From positions 8,804,001-8,868,000 of the forward strand of contig NW_026262669.1 in assembly GCF_021869535.1 (NCBI RefSeq): 64,000 nucleotides of DNA, given 5' to 3'. The notes under the pieces were generated by a model. That model did not search any database. It saw only the letters and a list, made by a program, of their open reading frames with translations, and was not told where the DNA came from. This document shows, in pieces, positions 49,201-63,776 of this stretch. A program made the translations under genes and the position numbers. The DNA comes from Mytilus californianus. Its lineage: Eukaryota. Position 1 is the first letter of the stretch. Every line of letters begins with the position of its first letter.

Positions 49201-52200
49201 CTCCTTTTCGATATATTTGATTTTAAAAAAAAGGTCGAGAAAAGGCTGACTCGGACCTTTACCGTATATTAAGCATAGGCATTATTTGGGTCTCAAATCG
49301 TAGGAAAAGAAATCTAGAATCTGCTGAAATTTTGGTAATGACCTTTAATGACCTATTGAACTCTTCTATGAACAGAAAAGTGGGTGATACGATGCAAAAT
49401 AATTTTCCCTATATGTTAGGAAAATAAAAACCACGGAGTCCGAACATCTGACAAATCTTACTAAATGTTACCTCACTTCATCCTTAAATGAATTTTATAT
49501 TCAACTAATAATACTTTGAGCTCTGTTCAAATAGACCACCCCACGTGTCAACCAAAAAAAAACCTAACATGCACACACAGTGGTACCCATCGACACAAGA
49601 CACGAATAATTTGGAACTATTAAGGCTACCTTAAGTTCAACTAAGCTTGTGGTCTCGATTGTTGAACGAATGAAATTATATAACCGTCTGTAGTGCGAAC
49701 AATGGAAAGTCTTCAACGATTTTTTAAAGTTCCATAACTCGCAATGTCATATCAGAAAAAAAAAACAAAAGGGAGCTTGTTTCAATAGATATAGTCATTA
49801 AAGTGTCATGAAAACTACTCAAACTATATTTTAGTTATTGTGAGAAAACTGGAAAATCCCACTTTTTTATGAATAAATTCCCAATACTCCAAAAAGTAAA
49901 ATTTTAAATAGGGAAATGGAACGTTTGTCAATATCTATTAACAATTTATAAAAGTTCCATAAAAATTGCTCAAAGCATTTTTGGGTTGTAGTCAGAAAGC
50001 TGGAAAATCCCTCATATTTTATTAATAAATCTCAAAACTAAAAAAAAAAAAAAATCTTAAATTTCTCAAAATCGAATGGGAGCTACGTCAATAGAGATAA
50101 CCAATTCATCAAACTTTTGGAAAAAGCGTGTTTGAGTTATTGTCCAAAGTGTGGTCGACGGACGGACAATGGTATACCATAAAACATTCTGTAAAGGGGC
50201 GTATAAAAACACAGATAACAGACACACAAAACTTGAATGATAATGTGTATGTCAGACATGACAGAAGGGTGTCAATCTCCTCCGATTTGAGTCCTGCATG
50301 TTGGTTGTTGTAATGTTTTACATAAAATATAAATTGATCTTATTCAAAATTCTTGAAAAGGTTTTTCAGCAAAACACGTGTGAAAACATTTACAGCTTAT
50401 CATTTCTGTTATTTCAGGTGACTGAACCAGATGAAAAAAACTCACACAACTGTATCCTATTTAGGACCCTCAATGAAACATTTCAATATCTTTGAAGTTA
50501 TGTTTTGTATAACTGGACTTGATTTTTATGTACATGTACCTATGATAATTGTTCATGTGGACTTTGTACATGTGTGTACCTTATAGTAATAAGTTGTTTA
50601 AGGTAAACACAAAGTAGGAACGATTAAATTATTTTTGTAGAAAATAAAATACCACAGTTTGAAGCAGGGTTTTATAATTTTATAATTTATAAAATGTTGT
50701 ATATTTGATGTTAAAATTTCAAAGTTCCAAATCGTTAAAGGTTATTGCAAAATGGAACCATTTATGTTTAAAATAAAAAAAAAAAACAAACATTTAGGGT
50801 TGTTCTTTAGAAATATGTCCTGCAAACAAAATGACAGACTATATACCATTTTGGTGTGTCCTTGGTAATTTGTTTATAGTACTTTCTTGTCTTTGTTCTA
50901 AATTTTATTGATCAAATAAACAAATAGTTAAAATAATATTCAGACTGAAACCAAGTATTTGTCACATTTTATGTTGGCCAGTTATTCCTCTTAGACTTAG
51001 ACAGCAATCTTCCATAGTTCGCTTTATGCCAATTTCACAACAACAGTTACTTTTTATAGTGAATCAGGGTCATTTTGACATATGGCAACAATCTGCTGTA
51101 GTCACACTCTGAATTTTATATTGTCCAAGTGTTGAAGATAAAATGTGCTTCTGGTTCCAAAGGTTTAGAAGAAATTGCTACCATGGCAGATAACAACAAT
51201 AGGAATATGTGGTATGATTGCAATGGGAATAATCTCCATCACCAGAGACGTTAACAACTATATGTGATCGTACGCCCTTCAACAGTGCCAAAGACCCATA
51301 TGGCATAGAATGGTGTTGTCAAGGAGAGCAATGCCTAGATATTTTTTAGAATCTGTCGCCATCAAGTACATCATATATGACTTAATTAAACAAAAATGTA
51401 TATACTTATGTATAAATATGTCAGTTTCAATGTTTGCCCTCTGCATAGGCTTGAGATCGTTGTCCCAGCCGTGCACTTGAATGAAGTAAAGACACAGGAA
51501 ATGATATTGATTTAGACCACATGTGAATGTCATTAAAATCATTTTTTTTTAATTAACAAATCTGTTAGAGTAAAACAAAAAGCATAGACGGGTTTATAAA
51601 TGAACACATTGATGTCAGTGCTCTTCCCTAAAGTTCAGGGATGTTTGGATTGACAGGGGTTAATCATTGTCGGTGTGTGAATCTATGATGGTTCGTAATC
51701 AGTTCTGAAATGATACAGTTTCATAATTAATGTTGTGTGAAGTTACGAGGATTCATAATCTGTGATGTGTAAATTAGTAAGGATTCACCATCTGTGGTGG
51801 TTGAATTAAAAAAGGTTTCAAGATCCGTATTGTGAATTAATAAGGAATTATAATCAGTGGTGTGTACACTAATGAAGTCCGTCATCAATGAAGTGTAAAT
51901 TTATTAGGATTCACCATCACTGAAATGTGAATTTATCAAAATTCATCATCTGCGGTTAATATACAACTTAGAATATAAACCCAACTTGATATCATCAACT
52001 TCTTATTAACAAGTTAAATCACACGTTTATCCATAATTAATTACAAAACAAAATACGAAATGTATCATATGATTCAGATCCATGTTGTTAACTCCTCCAT
52101 CAACCTGTTTTGATGTAAGATGTCAACACTTCCCTCAACCTGTTTTGTTGTGAGATGTCAACACTTCTGAGATATCAGAAGTGTCACCATCAACAATATT

Positions 52201-53689
52201 TTTCCTCAAACTAATGTATATAATTAACGTATCATTTGAGACAAATCCAAATATAAATGCAATTTAACAATATTTGATGTTTTCACAAACTGTTTGACAT
52301 CAGATCTGTTTAAAAAATAATATCTAATTAGAATATAAACACAACTTGATCTCATCAACTTCTTATAAACAAATAAAACTAGATGTTTACCAAAATATCC
52401 GAAAACAAAATACAGCATGTATCATTTGATTCAGATCCATGTGGTGAGATGTCAGAACGTCCATCAGAACTGTCCTTTGAAACATATGTTTAGTAAGAAA
52501 TGTGTAAAATATCAATATCATATGTTTCTTTTTGATAAAACGATTAAATTAAGATCCAATTTGAGATACTTCTTACAAGTATTTGCTATTATTAAAAGAT
52601 GATTAACTTTAGAGCCGACTATCGAATTTATATTATATGACTAAGGTATTAACACATAATGTTCTTTCCAAATTCTTAAGAGGAAGTTAAATCATATCTT
52701 AATAACATAATATTTTTCATAAAAAACTTGGTCCTTTATCATGTTTATTATCTGATACAGTTTGACCAGACAAGTCAAATGATTATCCAACATAAATAGG
52801 TAAAAATCAATTCATAACATGTATCAGACACATATTGTGAACTGTCAAAACTTCAATCAGAACTGTCATTTGAAACATTTTTGTAATAAATGTATAAAAT
52901 TATTTAACACATTGGTGTCAGTGCTCATAACTAAAAGGTCTGACCTTTCCATCTTCTCCCCACAATTGACTACAAGGGTTCGTATCATAGATGTTTTTGG
53001 GAGTTGAAATATTTGCCAGTTGACTATATATATATAGTTTAGGGTTGATGGTGTGAATAGTTTTCAAGATCTTTGAAGTATAACGATATATGATATAAAT
53101 GGAGCGAGGCATGTCACTGAGGGACAATACTATGGTAAACTAGATTGGTTTATCAAGGCAAATAAAACTATGAATGGTTAAAGGAAGGAGATTTGTATCA
53201 TTTTTGAGATATTTACTTATTTTTTTTGTTTTGAAGGTACACATTTTTACTTGCATTTGAATGGTCTTGTCATGGCAAGAAAGAACATGCTGTTCAGAAA
53301 TGTTTGCAATATTTTCATTATTGGGAAAATTGCGAAGAGATACAGTACTTGTAACCTTATGCGTTACTGTTTGACGGGAACTTGAATGATCGGTCACGGA
53401 AGTTTGACTGATCGATGAATGATCGGTGATCGATGACACATAGTTTCCGTCAGATACGTCAAACAAGCTTTGTGAGAGTAACCGTGACAACGGTCAGCGA
53501 TCGATCAGCAAATTATTAAATGCACAGATCGGACGGATACGTATATAATTAAAACTCTTATGTCAAACGAACTCTTTGTTCAAAAGTCATAAATCAATTA
53601 AAAGAATACACATCCGGATTACAAACTAAAACCGAGGGAAACACATCAACTATAAGAGGAAAGCAACGGAACAAAATAAACATGAAATT

Positions 53690-56000
53690 GTTGATTTTGG
53701 TACTTTTTCTACATCAAGGTCGTTTGTTTTCATAAAATATGCTGATGAAATTTTGGGAAAAGATACTAAATTTTTGTTCGCATTGCTTAAACATGCAAAC
53801 ATATCTACTTTTAAATCAGAAATAATGCAACATCTTGCAATCAGTAATTATACATGCCTTTAGATAAGTAATCGTGTATAAGATATGAATAATTTAAGGA
53901 TTTATATGCATAATCTTATGTTTGATTAAGAATGGAAATTATTAACCGCTCATGGGATTTTTATACTATTTGGACACCAGGATGGGTTGTTTTTTTTCTT
54001 CGCAAAATTAAATGAATATCAAAGGAAAGATATTAAAATGTTGTTTGCATTGTTTAAAATTACCTATATTTCTTGTTTTATATCAGAAATAATGCAACAC
54101 CATTTGCAGTAAGTTATTATAAATGCCTTTAGATAAGTAATTTTGTATAAGATGTGAATAAAATAAGGATTGATATGCATAAACTTTTGCATTGTTTAAA
54201 ATTACCTATATTTCTTATTTTATAACAGAAATGATGCAACACCATTTGCAGTAATTTTGTATAAGATGTGATGAATACTATAAGGATAAAGATACCTAAA
54301 CTTTTGTTTGAGTAGCATACGAATGCATTTATTTCTTTGGTTTAATAGAAATCATGAACCTCCATTGGATTTTAGTATTTTTTGTACATCAAGCTGGGTT
54401 GTTTTTTCACAAAATTAAATGAACATCAAAGAAAAGATACTAAAATGTTGTTCGAATTGTTTGAAATTTCCAATATTTCTTCATGTTATCAAAAATAATG
54501 CAATGCTATTTGTAATTAGTTATTTCAAAGCCCTCATGATCACATTTTTTCTAGAATTTCTTAATGATATAAGGAGAAAAATACTTAAACTTTTGTTTGT
54601 GGTTGATAGGAACAAAATAATTTCTTTATTTCATTAGAAATTACGAACTGCCATTTGATTTTGGTATTTCTGCTACATCAGGATCGTTAATTTTCATAAA
54701 ATATGCTGAATTTCAAGGAAAAGATACTCAATTTTTGTTCGCATTGCTTAAGCATGGAAATATATCTTCTTTTATATCAGAAATAATAGATGCCTTTAGA
54801 TAAGTAATTTTGTATAAGATGTGATTAATTTAAGGATTAATATGCATATACTTTGTTTTTGTTGATTATGAATGCAAGAATTTCTTTATTTTAATGATTG
54901 ACCGCTCATGGAATTTTTGATTCTTTTTGTACATCAGGATGGGTTGTTTTTTTTTCACAAAATAAGAATATCAGAAGAAGGATATTAAAATGTTGTTTGC
55001 ATTGTTTAAAATTATTTATATTTCTTCTTTTATAACAGAAATAATGCAACACCATTTGCAGTCAGTTATTATAAATGCCTTTAGATAATTAATTTTGCAT
55101 AAGATGTGATGTATACCATAATTATAAAGATACCTATACTTTTGTTTGAGTTGAATATGAATGCATTTATTTTTTTTGGTTTAATAGAAATCATGAACCT
55201 CCACTGGATTTTAGTAGTTTTTGTACATCAGAATGGGTTGTTTTTCACAAAACTAAATGAACATTAAGGATTAGTTATTTCAAAGGCCTCATTATCATTT
55301 TTTTAATATCTTTATGATATAAAGAGAACAAATACTTAAACTTTTCATTGTGTTGAATAGGAATGAAATAATTTTGTATTTTAATATAACTTATTAACCG
55401 CCATTTGATTTTGGTACTTTTTCTACATCAGGATCGGTAATTTTCATAAAATATGCTGAATTTCAAGGAAAAGATACTAACTTTTTGTTCACATTGCTTA
55501 AAATGGCAAATATATCTTCTTTTATATCAGAAATAATGCAACGTCATTTGCAATCAGTCATTATAAATGCCTTTAGATAAATGATTGTGTTTAGGATGTG
55601 AATAATAAAAGGATAAATATACTTAAACTTTTGTTTGTGTTGAATAAGAATGCATTTATTTCTTTAATTTAATGGAAATCATGAAACCGCCATATGATTT
55701 TAGTACATTTTGTACATCAGGATTGGTTGTTTTTCATTAAATTAAATGAATGTCAGAGAAAAGATACTAACATGTTGTTCGCATTGTTTAAAATTACTTA
55801 TATGTTTTCTTTTTATAAAAAATAATGCAATGCTATTTATTATAAGTTAATTAAAGGTTCTTAAACTTTCGTGTGCGTTGAATAAAAATTGAATTATATC
55901 TGTATTCCAATGGTTAAATTGTTTAAAAATACCAATATTTTTTCGTTTTATAAAAAATATTCACTGTTGTTAGCAATCAGTTATCTAAATTGCCTTTTGA
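53690..56000. repeat. Internal degenerate ~250-300-bp tandem array inside non-autonomous element copy 2 (more units than copy 1)
   Basis: The same marker recurs at ~53711, 53975, 54387, 54676, 54931, 55225, 55425 and 55713. Confidence 0.75.
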
Positions 56001-56324
56001 TAAGTAACTTTTTATAAAATATGAATAATATAATGATTAAAATATTAAACCTCTTCTTTCTGTTGAATAAGAGTCCATTTTTTTTTCTTCTCATTAAGAT
56101 TTAATTACACGAAGACTGTCATTGGATATATTGCACCTTTATTGAAAATGAAATTTGCAATAAATGATCATTTCATTTCATTTTTCAGAGCATTTTCGGA
56201 TTATTTTTAACAGTCGGGATTAACACCGTTTTAGCAATCTTCGTGTTTGAAAAAAGAGTAAGCTAAACTAAAACGAAAATCACAATTTTTTAATAATATT
56301 TTAATTTAGTTGTATCTAAAATTG

Positions 56325-57700
56325 AGAATGGAAATGGGGAATATGTCAAAGAGACAACAACCCGACCAAAGAGCAGAAAATATCCGAAGGCCACCATAGG
56401 GTCTTCAACACAGCGAGAAAATCCCGCACCCGAAGGAGGTCCTCAGCTGGCCCCTTAACTAAATTGTGTACTAGTTCAGTGAAAATGGACGTCATACTAA
56501 ACTCCAAATATATATATGAACTAAAATATAAAAAAACATACAAGACTAACAAAGGCCAGAGACTCCTGACGTGGGACAGGTGCAAAAATGCGGCGGGGTT
56601 AACAATGTTTTGTGACATCTCAACCCTGCCCCTATACCTTTAGCCAATTTAGAATAAACAAACACACAGCAACACGCACAGTAAAAATCAGTTCAAAAGA
56701 AGTCCGAGTCCGATGTCAGAATAGGTAACAAAAGAAACTAAGCAAAATGACAATGATACATACATGAACAAAGGACTACTAGCAGTTACTGACATGCCAG
56801 CTCCAGACCTCAATTAAACTAATTGAAAGATTGTGTCTTCATTATATGAAAATCAAGCACAATCCCTCCCGTTAGGGGTTTAGTATCATGCCATCATAAC
56901 ATATATGAGAAGAACATAACTTGTACCATGCCAACAACTGGTTAAAGAACAAATGTGTTTATTTCTGATGCAAACACCCTAAGAGTGAATCAATATTAAT
57001 ACCAAAATATGCCATCTTTAATAACCTGATAACAGTCTCTTAACTATATCCCTTCTGAATACGTCTGTTTAAAGGTTTGGTTTGCTTTTGAGGTGAATGC
57101 CGACATTTTTGTACTTTGTAAAGAATATTACAATAAAAGATTGGATGTGAAATACCTGAACATATAACATGTCTGCATGTTGATTTATATTTACGAATGA
57201 TGTTCTTGTACCAATGATAAATTTTAGTAAATGTTTTGTCTAGTTTGTGATATCGAAGACCCTAGTGTAATAATTCAGTAATACAGAGATTTATTTCGTT
57301 AAAATCAAATACGTCGTTACATACACGAGCGAATCGAACAAGTTAAAATATATAAACACCATCAGATGGTGACAAGGGAACGTCACCATCTAAAAATGGA
57401 TAATTTACAATAGAAAATGAAAAATCATCTCTTTTATCATAAATTTTGGTATTAAGCTTCCCGTTAAATATATAAATATCAAGATCTAGGAAAGGACAGT
57501 GTTCATTGTTAGTATAAGCATTATTTAAAGTCAGTTCAGCAGGATTGATCTCTTTAGTGTACATACTGAAATCGTCATTATTGAGAGCCAATATATCATC
57601 AAAATATTTAAAAGTGTTATTATATTTTTGGATCAGATGTTGTTTCGATTGGTTTTTGCATATTTCTCTTCATATGGATCTCTGCATATTTCTCTTCTCT
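56325..57700 (-). mobile_element. Penelope-like retroelement fragment (RT C-terminal part plus 3' region)
   Basis: Reverse strand 57660-57343 reads TFKYFDDILALNNDDF..EINPAELTLN..CPFLDLDIYIFNGKLNTKIYDKRDDFSFSIVNYPFLDGDVPLSPSDGVY, with a YxDD motif and a Penelope-type C-terminal signature. Only its first ~70 bp remain in the paralog at 20420-20490. Confidence 0.75.
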
Positions 57701-59146
57701 TTTAATTCTGAATGATTTATAATAAAATGTCGAGCTTCTGTACTTCAACTATTCGTATTTTTCCACGGCGCCATTTTAATCGAATGAAACGCAAATAAGA
57801 TTCCGTAATTTGTATGACGTAGTAGAGTTCAGTCCGTCAGAAAGGTTAATCCGTCCGATCAGTCCGATCCATCCGATCAATCAAATATTTTTACTATAAG
57901 TCTGACGGATTGGTGACGCGAGTTTGACGTGAACTTGAGTAATCGGTGACTGATCGATAACTGCTGATTAATAGCTAAAATGGGTACGCCTAAGGTTGCA
58001 AGTACTGTAGGTGTCGCAATAAAAAAAGGTATATATTGTGATATCAATATTTGTCTGCAGCATGTCCTGAAATGGCAATAAAGAAACTTGTATATGTGTG
58101 GATTGTTTAACAATCGCAATGATAAGTGCACGCAATAATTTCTGAATTGGAAGTTGACCTGGAAGGGTAAATGTCAAGGTCAGAGGTTATATTCTATGGT
58201 ACCCAAAACACTACCTTAAGTTGCTGCATACATATGCCAAATATTAAAAGTGTATTTCAAAGGGTGAAAAGGCTGTGTTCAATATAACAACCTGTAGGAC
58301 TAATGACCTACTGACCCATTCATTGAGAATCTTCGTCTTTTTTCTAATTAACATGATTAAGTAGTATCATGGTGAAGATATGTACAACAGAAACAAACTG
58401 TTTTTTTTTAAATATACCGAGTAATGGTTGGTATGGTAACCAAAAATAAAATAGGGGAGAAGGGACTACATTTCTTTATTATGATCGATTTATTATATCA
58501 TGTATATACAATAAAAATTCAAAATAAATGGCATTTTGCAATTTGATTCATGTACTATAATTTCAGTTTGCCAAAGCATAGTTTTTCTCATATCATATAA
58601 TGTTCACGATATTTTGCAATGTTTTTACTTTTTTATGCAAAAGTAAAAGAGATACCAAACATTTGAATTTGTTTATTGTTTTTTTAAGACTAACATAGTA
58701 CTAGACTGCCATATAGGTAGTATAGCCGTTAGTGTTGGTTTCTTCAGGTGATAGATAGTTAAAAACTGATAAAAAAATGGCTCTATTTCTTATACATTTC
58801 AGTAAAAATTCGCCGTTTGAGCTCTTATATTGAATTTTATAAGAACAATGTCAAATTCACTAAAGATTGTAAAAAATATCATATATTCCCAGACAGTATG
58901 CTATACTGATTTGGTAAAAGATATCTTTTAACGAATTATTTGTGTTTCAATGAACACTCCTGCCTGGTGCTCTCTGGCACTGCCTCTTAATAGGTCCTTT
59001 TAAGCTGATTAAGTACGATGATGTACGTAAAACTAAGATCCAACTTTATGTAATTGTAATACATATCGGGTGTCATTTAAACAATATGATTCTGTGTTAA
59101 TTCAGTATAAATAGTAGAATAAGACTGAGAAGATATAAAATATCAC

Positions 59147-59248
59147 CTTGTAATCTTTTGCTTCTTTGTCACAGCCGACTGTGACAAGGTATTGGACGAT
59201 CTCCAGGTGTCCATTAAAAACCGCAAGCAATAATGGTGTAGCTCCATC
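59147..59248 (-). CDS. Single ankyrin-repeat exon (102 bp, phase 0/0): DGATPLLLAVFNGHLEIVQYLVTVGCDKEAKDYK
   Basis: Open frame with the canonical ANK consensus (G.TPL..A...GH.EIV.YL...G.D..AKD), flanked by TATTACAG| and |GTGATA on the minus strand. It is too short for the ORF track. The rest of the gene is not intact within this window. Confidence 0.85.
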
Positions 59249-60600
59249 CTGTAATATAAACATAAAACAGCAATTAAAACTTGTGTCATTAACTAAACAA
59301 TGTGTTCAATAAAAATAAATGAAATGTATATTACATGCACCATTGATATAAACTGAATAAGATGATCAGTCGAACTTTAAATTCTACATAAACAACAAAT
59401 CCACAACAACTTCCGTCAGAATTGTCATCTACAATAATTAATTTCTTTAGAAAAAATATCAACTATGTATTGACAATTGATTCCTTTGGATGCGACAAAA
59501 ACAAAACAACAAGTATCGCTTATCAATATAATAAGATAATCAGCCATACTGGTTTTTTGTTTGGCATAAAAAAAACCAATATAACACGTATTGGTAGATT
59601 AAAAAAAACTATTTTATGTCAAATCTTTTAAATGATAGTTTCGAATTTAGAACGTAAACACGACTGTTTTTCATAAACTTTTTATAAACAACTATAATAA
59701 GATGTATATCAAAACAAAAAAATATCAGAAAACAAAATACAACATACACACTTTGATGAAGATCAATATTGTGAAATGTCAAAAATTTCATTTGAAACAT
59801 TTTGTTTTTAAGAAATGTATGAAATATACATTATTATCAGTGAGGTTTTTCGATGATTTACGTTAGACCTGTAAATTAAATATTTTCTGACTAAGGATTT
59901 AGCACAACATGCTCTTCTCAAATTCTTATTCAGACAAGTTCAACATATTTTGATAAATATTTTTTTTGACAAAAAGCAAACTTATTCCTTTATAATGTGT
60001 ATAATCTAATAAAGTTTGATGAGACAATATCTGTTAAAACAAAAGTTTATGACTTAGAATATAAACACAACTTGATTCTATCAACTTCTTATAAACAAGT
60101 TAAATCAGATGCTTATCAATTAGAAAAATAGAAAACAAAACACAACATTTATCAAATGGTTCTGTCCTCTTTTCTTTTAGTATTAACATCAAAGAAAACG
60201 AAGAAAATCTACCGTCATTATACTGGATATCAAAACTTCACAAAACTCCGTATAAAGAACGGTACATAGCTGGGTCATCAAGATGTTCGACAAAACATCT
60301 TTCTAAACCAAACTACTAAACAACCTTGCATTCTGTAAGATCAATATATAATTGAGATAGCTGTAGAGTTTAATTGAAATGCCAAAACTTCAATCAGAAC
60401 TGTCATTTAAACATTTTTTATTGATGCCTGTCGATGAGTTACATTAAACCTGTGTAAATACTGTTATCTGACAAAGGAGTTAAAAGTGAAATAACAAAAA
60501 TACCGAACTCCGAGGAAATTTCAAAACGGAAAGTCCGTAATCATACACAATCAATAGCTCAAACACATTAAACGAATCGATAACAACTGTCATATTCCTG

Positions 60601-60653
60601 ACGATATGCATGTATCCTTCACGGGCAGTAGTACGAACTGGTGTCATTCCAAT
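60601..60653 (-). pseudogene. 5' half of a decayed ankyrin exon
   Basis: Reads IGMTPVRTTAREGYMHIV and then runs into a host repeat (60482-60600); the acceptor is mutated to AA. Confidence 0.7.
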
Positions 60654-62605
60654 TTGTAATATTAACATATAACACACATCAAATACTGGAACTGGACAAT
60701 TTTGTGTACATTAAAGTCAATTTATTACACATGCTTAAGGAGTCAAACTGAATATGATGTCCAGTTCCTCAATAAATCTTGGTCTACATAGACTACAAAT
60801 AAACAACATGTGTTGGTGTGAGATATAATGACTGTCATTGTATAAAAAACATATTTTGAAAAACATGAATAAAATATTCTTATCAATGAATTGGGCACTT
60901 TATACAATTGTTTTTTGTTTTTGTTTTTTGTTTAGTTTAAACTTGTCTGATTAACACCAAGATGAACTGTCTATTTATTATAAGTATGGATGTTAATACA
61001 AACAAAACGTTTTTCACAGAATCATACACACCATTGCATAAGTTTTGTGTGAATTTCAGAGATCTTTACAATAAGTTTTGCTTGAATTCAAAGTGGTTCA
61101 GCTTCAATGTGTGTATAACTATAGGGATTCATTCTCATATTGTGTGAGTTCTCAAGGGTTAACCACCAGCAGTTATAAATTCAGGATGTTAAAAATCACA
61201 TAGACTTCAAATAAATGATATGTTTTGTTATTAGACATCAAAACTGTTATTATATAAAAAAAACATATTTTGAAAAAATTGATTGAGCATTTTATATTAT
61301 AGGTTTTGTTTTGTAGTTAGTTAAACTTGTCTGATTGACAAAAGTATAATGTTTATTTTGTATAAGCATTGACGTTTATGGAAGAAAGTAAACAACACAG
61401 AATCATACACACCATTGCATAATTTTTGTGTGAATTTAAGAGATATTCATTGTAAGGTTTGCTTTAATTTAAGCGATATGTTTATTTATATGGATTCATC
61501 ATCATAATAAGTGAATTCTTAAAGTTTCACCACCAAAAGTTAGAAAATATGAGGATTCAATCAGTGCTGTGTGAATAAATGAAGTGACATCATAACTGAA
61601 GTGTGAATTCATTAGGAATTATAATCAATAGTGTGTAAACTAATGAGGTTCAAGATCAATAAAGTGTAAATTGACTGGGATTCACCATCAGTGAAATGTG
61701 AATTTATAAAATTCATCATCAGTGGTATTTGAATTTATATTGATTCGTACTCAGTGAAATGTAATAATAAATGCATTCATAATCAGTGCTGTGTGAACTT
61801 CTCCTGGTCATTGTTAGTGGTTAGTGAATTGGTGAGGATTTATCATCAGAGAAGTGTGAGTGCATCATCAGAGAAGTGATAATTTATGTTGATTCATCAT
61901 TAGTGAAGTGTACAAAAAATGAAGATTCAAATCAGTAAAGTGTGAATGTATGAAGATTCATCATCACTGATGTGTTAATTCATCAAGTAGTGTATCAATG
62001 TTTTATGAGTTTATCAGGATTCATAGTGAATGATGACATTCCTTGAATTTGATCGGGATTCACTTTCTGTGGTCTATGAAATCAAAAAGACTCACAATTT
62101 ATATAACCAGGCAGAATTTCAAATCTTGTTAACAAGCATATTTAGAAAAAAATGTCTGTTTGCAATGTTTGCACTCTGTTTTGTAAGGAACTGTATTTGT
62201 TAACGTTCATCTTGGGTTATTATGGTTCGACAATTGATTTTGATTCTTCAGTAAATTTGACTGCTTACGAAGTGAATTACGATATAATTTTCTTAACCAA
62301 TACAGTCTTGAATAAACAAAATACACATATTCTACAAGAAGACGATGAGTACATCAGGAAATGATAATAACATTTCTAGCATCTGTTCAAATGTAGATTA
62401 ATGAATTGAATTGTCTAGAAATGGCAGTTTATTTTTAACTTTTTGGTAATCAGAAATACTAAAATGATGCTTTTCAATTTGAAGACCGACAAAGGTTGTG
62501 ATGTTTGGATAACAACAAGCTAGAAAAGAACTTCCATTTTGATATATATTTAAACATCCAAATATGATTAAACATCGTCTGCTGCAGGGAAACGTATTTC
62601 CTTAC

Positions 62606-63776
62606 AAGGAGATTGCAGAAAGAGCTTGAAGAAGGAAATTGTAGAAGGAGATTGTAGAAGGCGATTGTAGAAGGAGATTGTAGAAGGAGATTGTAGAAGG
62701 AAATTGTAGAAGGCGATTGTAGAAGGAGATAGTAGAAGGAGATTGTTGAAGGCGATTGTAAAAGGAGATTGTAGAAGTAGATTGTAGACGGCGATTGTAG
62801 AAGGCGATTGTAGAAGGCGATTGTAGAATGCGATTGCAGAAAGAGATTGTTGAAGGCGATTGTAGATGGAGATTGTAGAAGGAGATTGTAGAAGGAGATT
62901 GTAGAAGGCGATTGTAGAAGGAGATTGTAGAAGGAGTTTGTAGAAGGAGATTGTAGAAGGAGATTATAGAAAGCGAATGTAGAAGAAGATTGTAAAAGGA
63001 GATTGTAAAAGGCGATTAAAAAATGAGATTGTGAAAGGCGATTGTAGAAGGAGATTGTAGAAGGAAATTGCAGAAGGAAATTGTAGAAGGAGATTGTGGA
63101 AAGCGATTGTAAAAGGAGATTGAAGAAGTAGATTGTAGAAGGTGATTGTGGAATGAGACTGTAAAGGCGATTGTAGAAGGCGATTGTAGAAGGAGATTGT
63201 AGAAGGAGATTTTAGAAAAAGACTGTAGAAGGAGATTGTAAAAGGAGATTGTAGCAGGAGATTGTAGAAGGAGATTGTAGAAGGCGATTGTAGAAGGAGA
63301 TTGTAGAAGAAGATTGTAGAAGACGATTGTAGAAGGAGATTGTAGGAGGAATTTGTAGAATGAGATTGTAGAAGGAGATTGTAGAAGGCGATTGTAGAAA
63401 GCAATTGTAGAAGAAGATTGTAGAAGGCGATTGTAGAAGGAGATTGTAGAATGAGATTGTAGAAGGCGATTGTAGAAGGCGATTGTAGACGGAGATTGTA
63501 GAAGGAGATTTTAGAAGGATATTATAGAAGGAGATTGTAGAAAGAGATTGTAGAAGGAGATTGTAAAAGGAGATTGTAGCAGGAGATTGTAGAAGGAGAT
63601 TGTAGAAGGCGATTGTAGAAAGAGATTGTAGAAGGAGATTGTAGGTAGAGATTGTAGAAAGATATTGTAGAAGGAGATTGTAGAAGGCGATTGTAGAGGG
63701 AGATTGTAGAAGGCGATTGTAGAAGGAGATTGTAGAAGGAGATTGAAGAAGGAGATTGTAGAATGATATTGTAGAA
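62606..63776. repeat. 13-bp minisatellite (GAAGG[A/C]GATTGTA)n, ~90 units
   Basis: Directly visible tandem array with the same flanks as 24473-24977. Confidence 0.95.

Larger units (their letters stand above)
53343..58007. mobile_element. Non-autonomous Tc1/mariner-type element, copy 2, containing a Penelope-like fragment
   Basis: TA|CAGTACTTGTAACCTTATGCGTTAC at 53341-53367 and TAAGGTTGCAAGTACTG|TA ending at 58007-58009, with the same flanks as copy 1. Confidence 0.88.

Noticed and set aside
62964-63404. 146-aa repetitive ORF
   Set aside because: Artefact of the 13-bp minisatellite; the unit is not a multiple of 3 and is absent from most paralogs.
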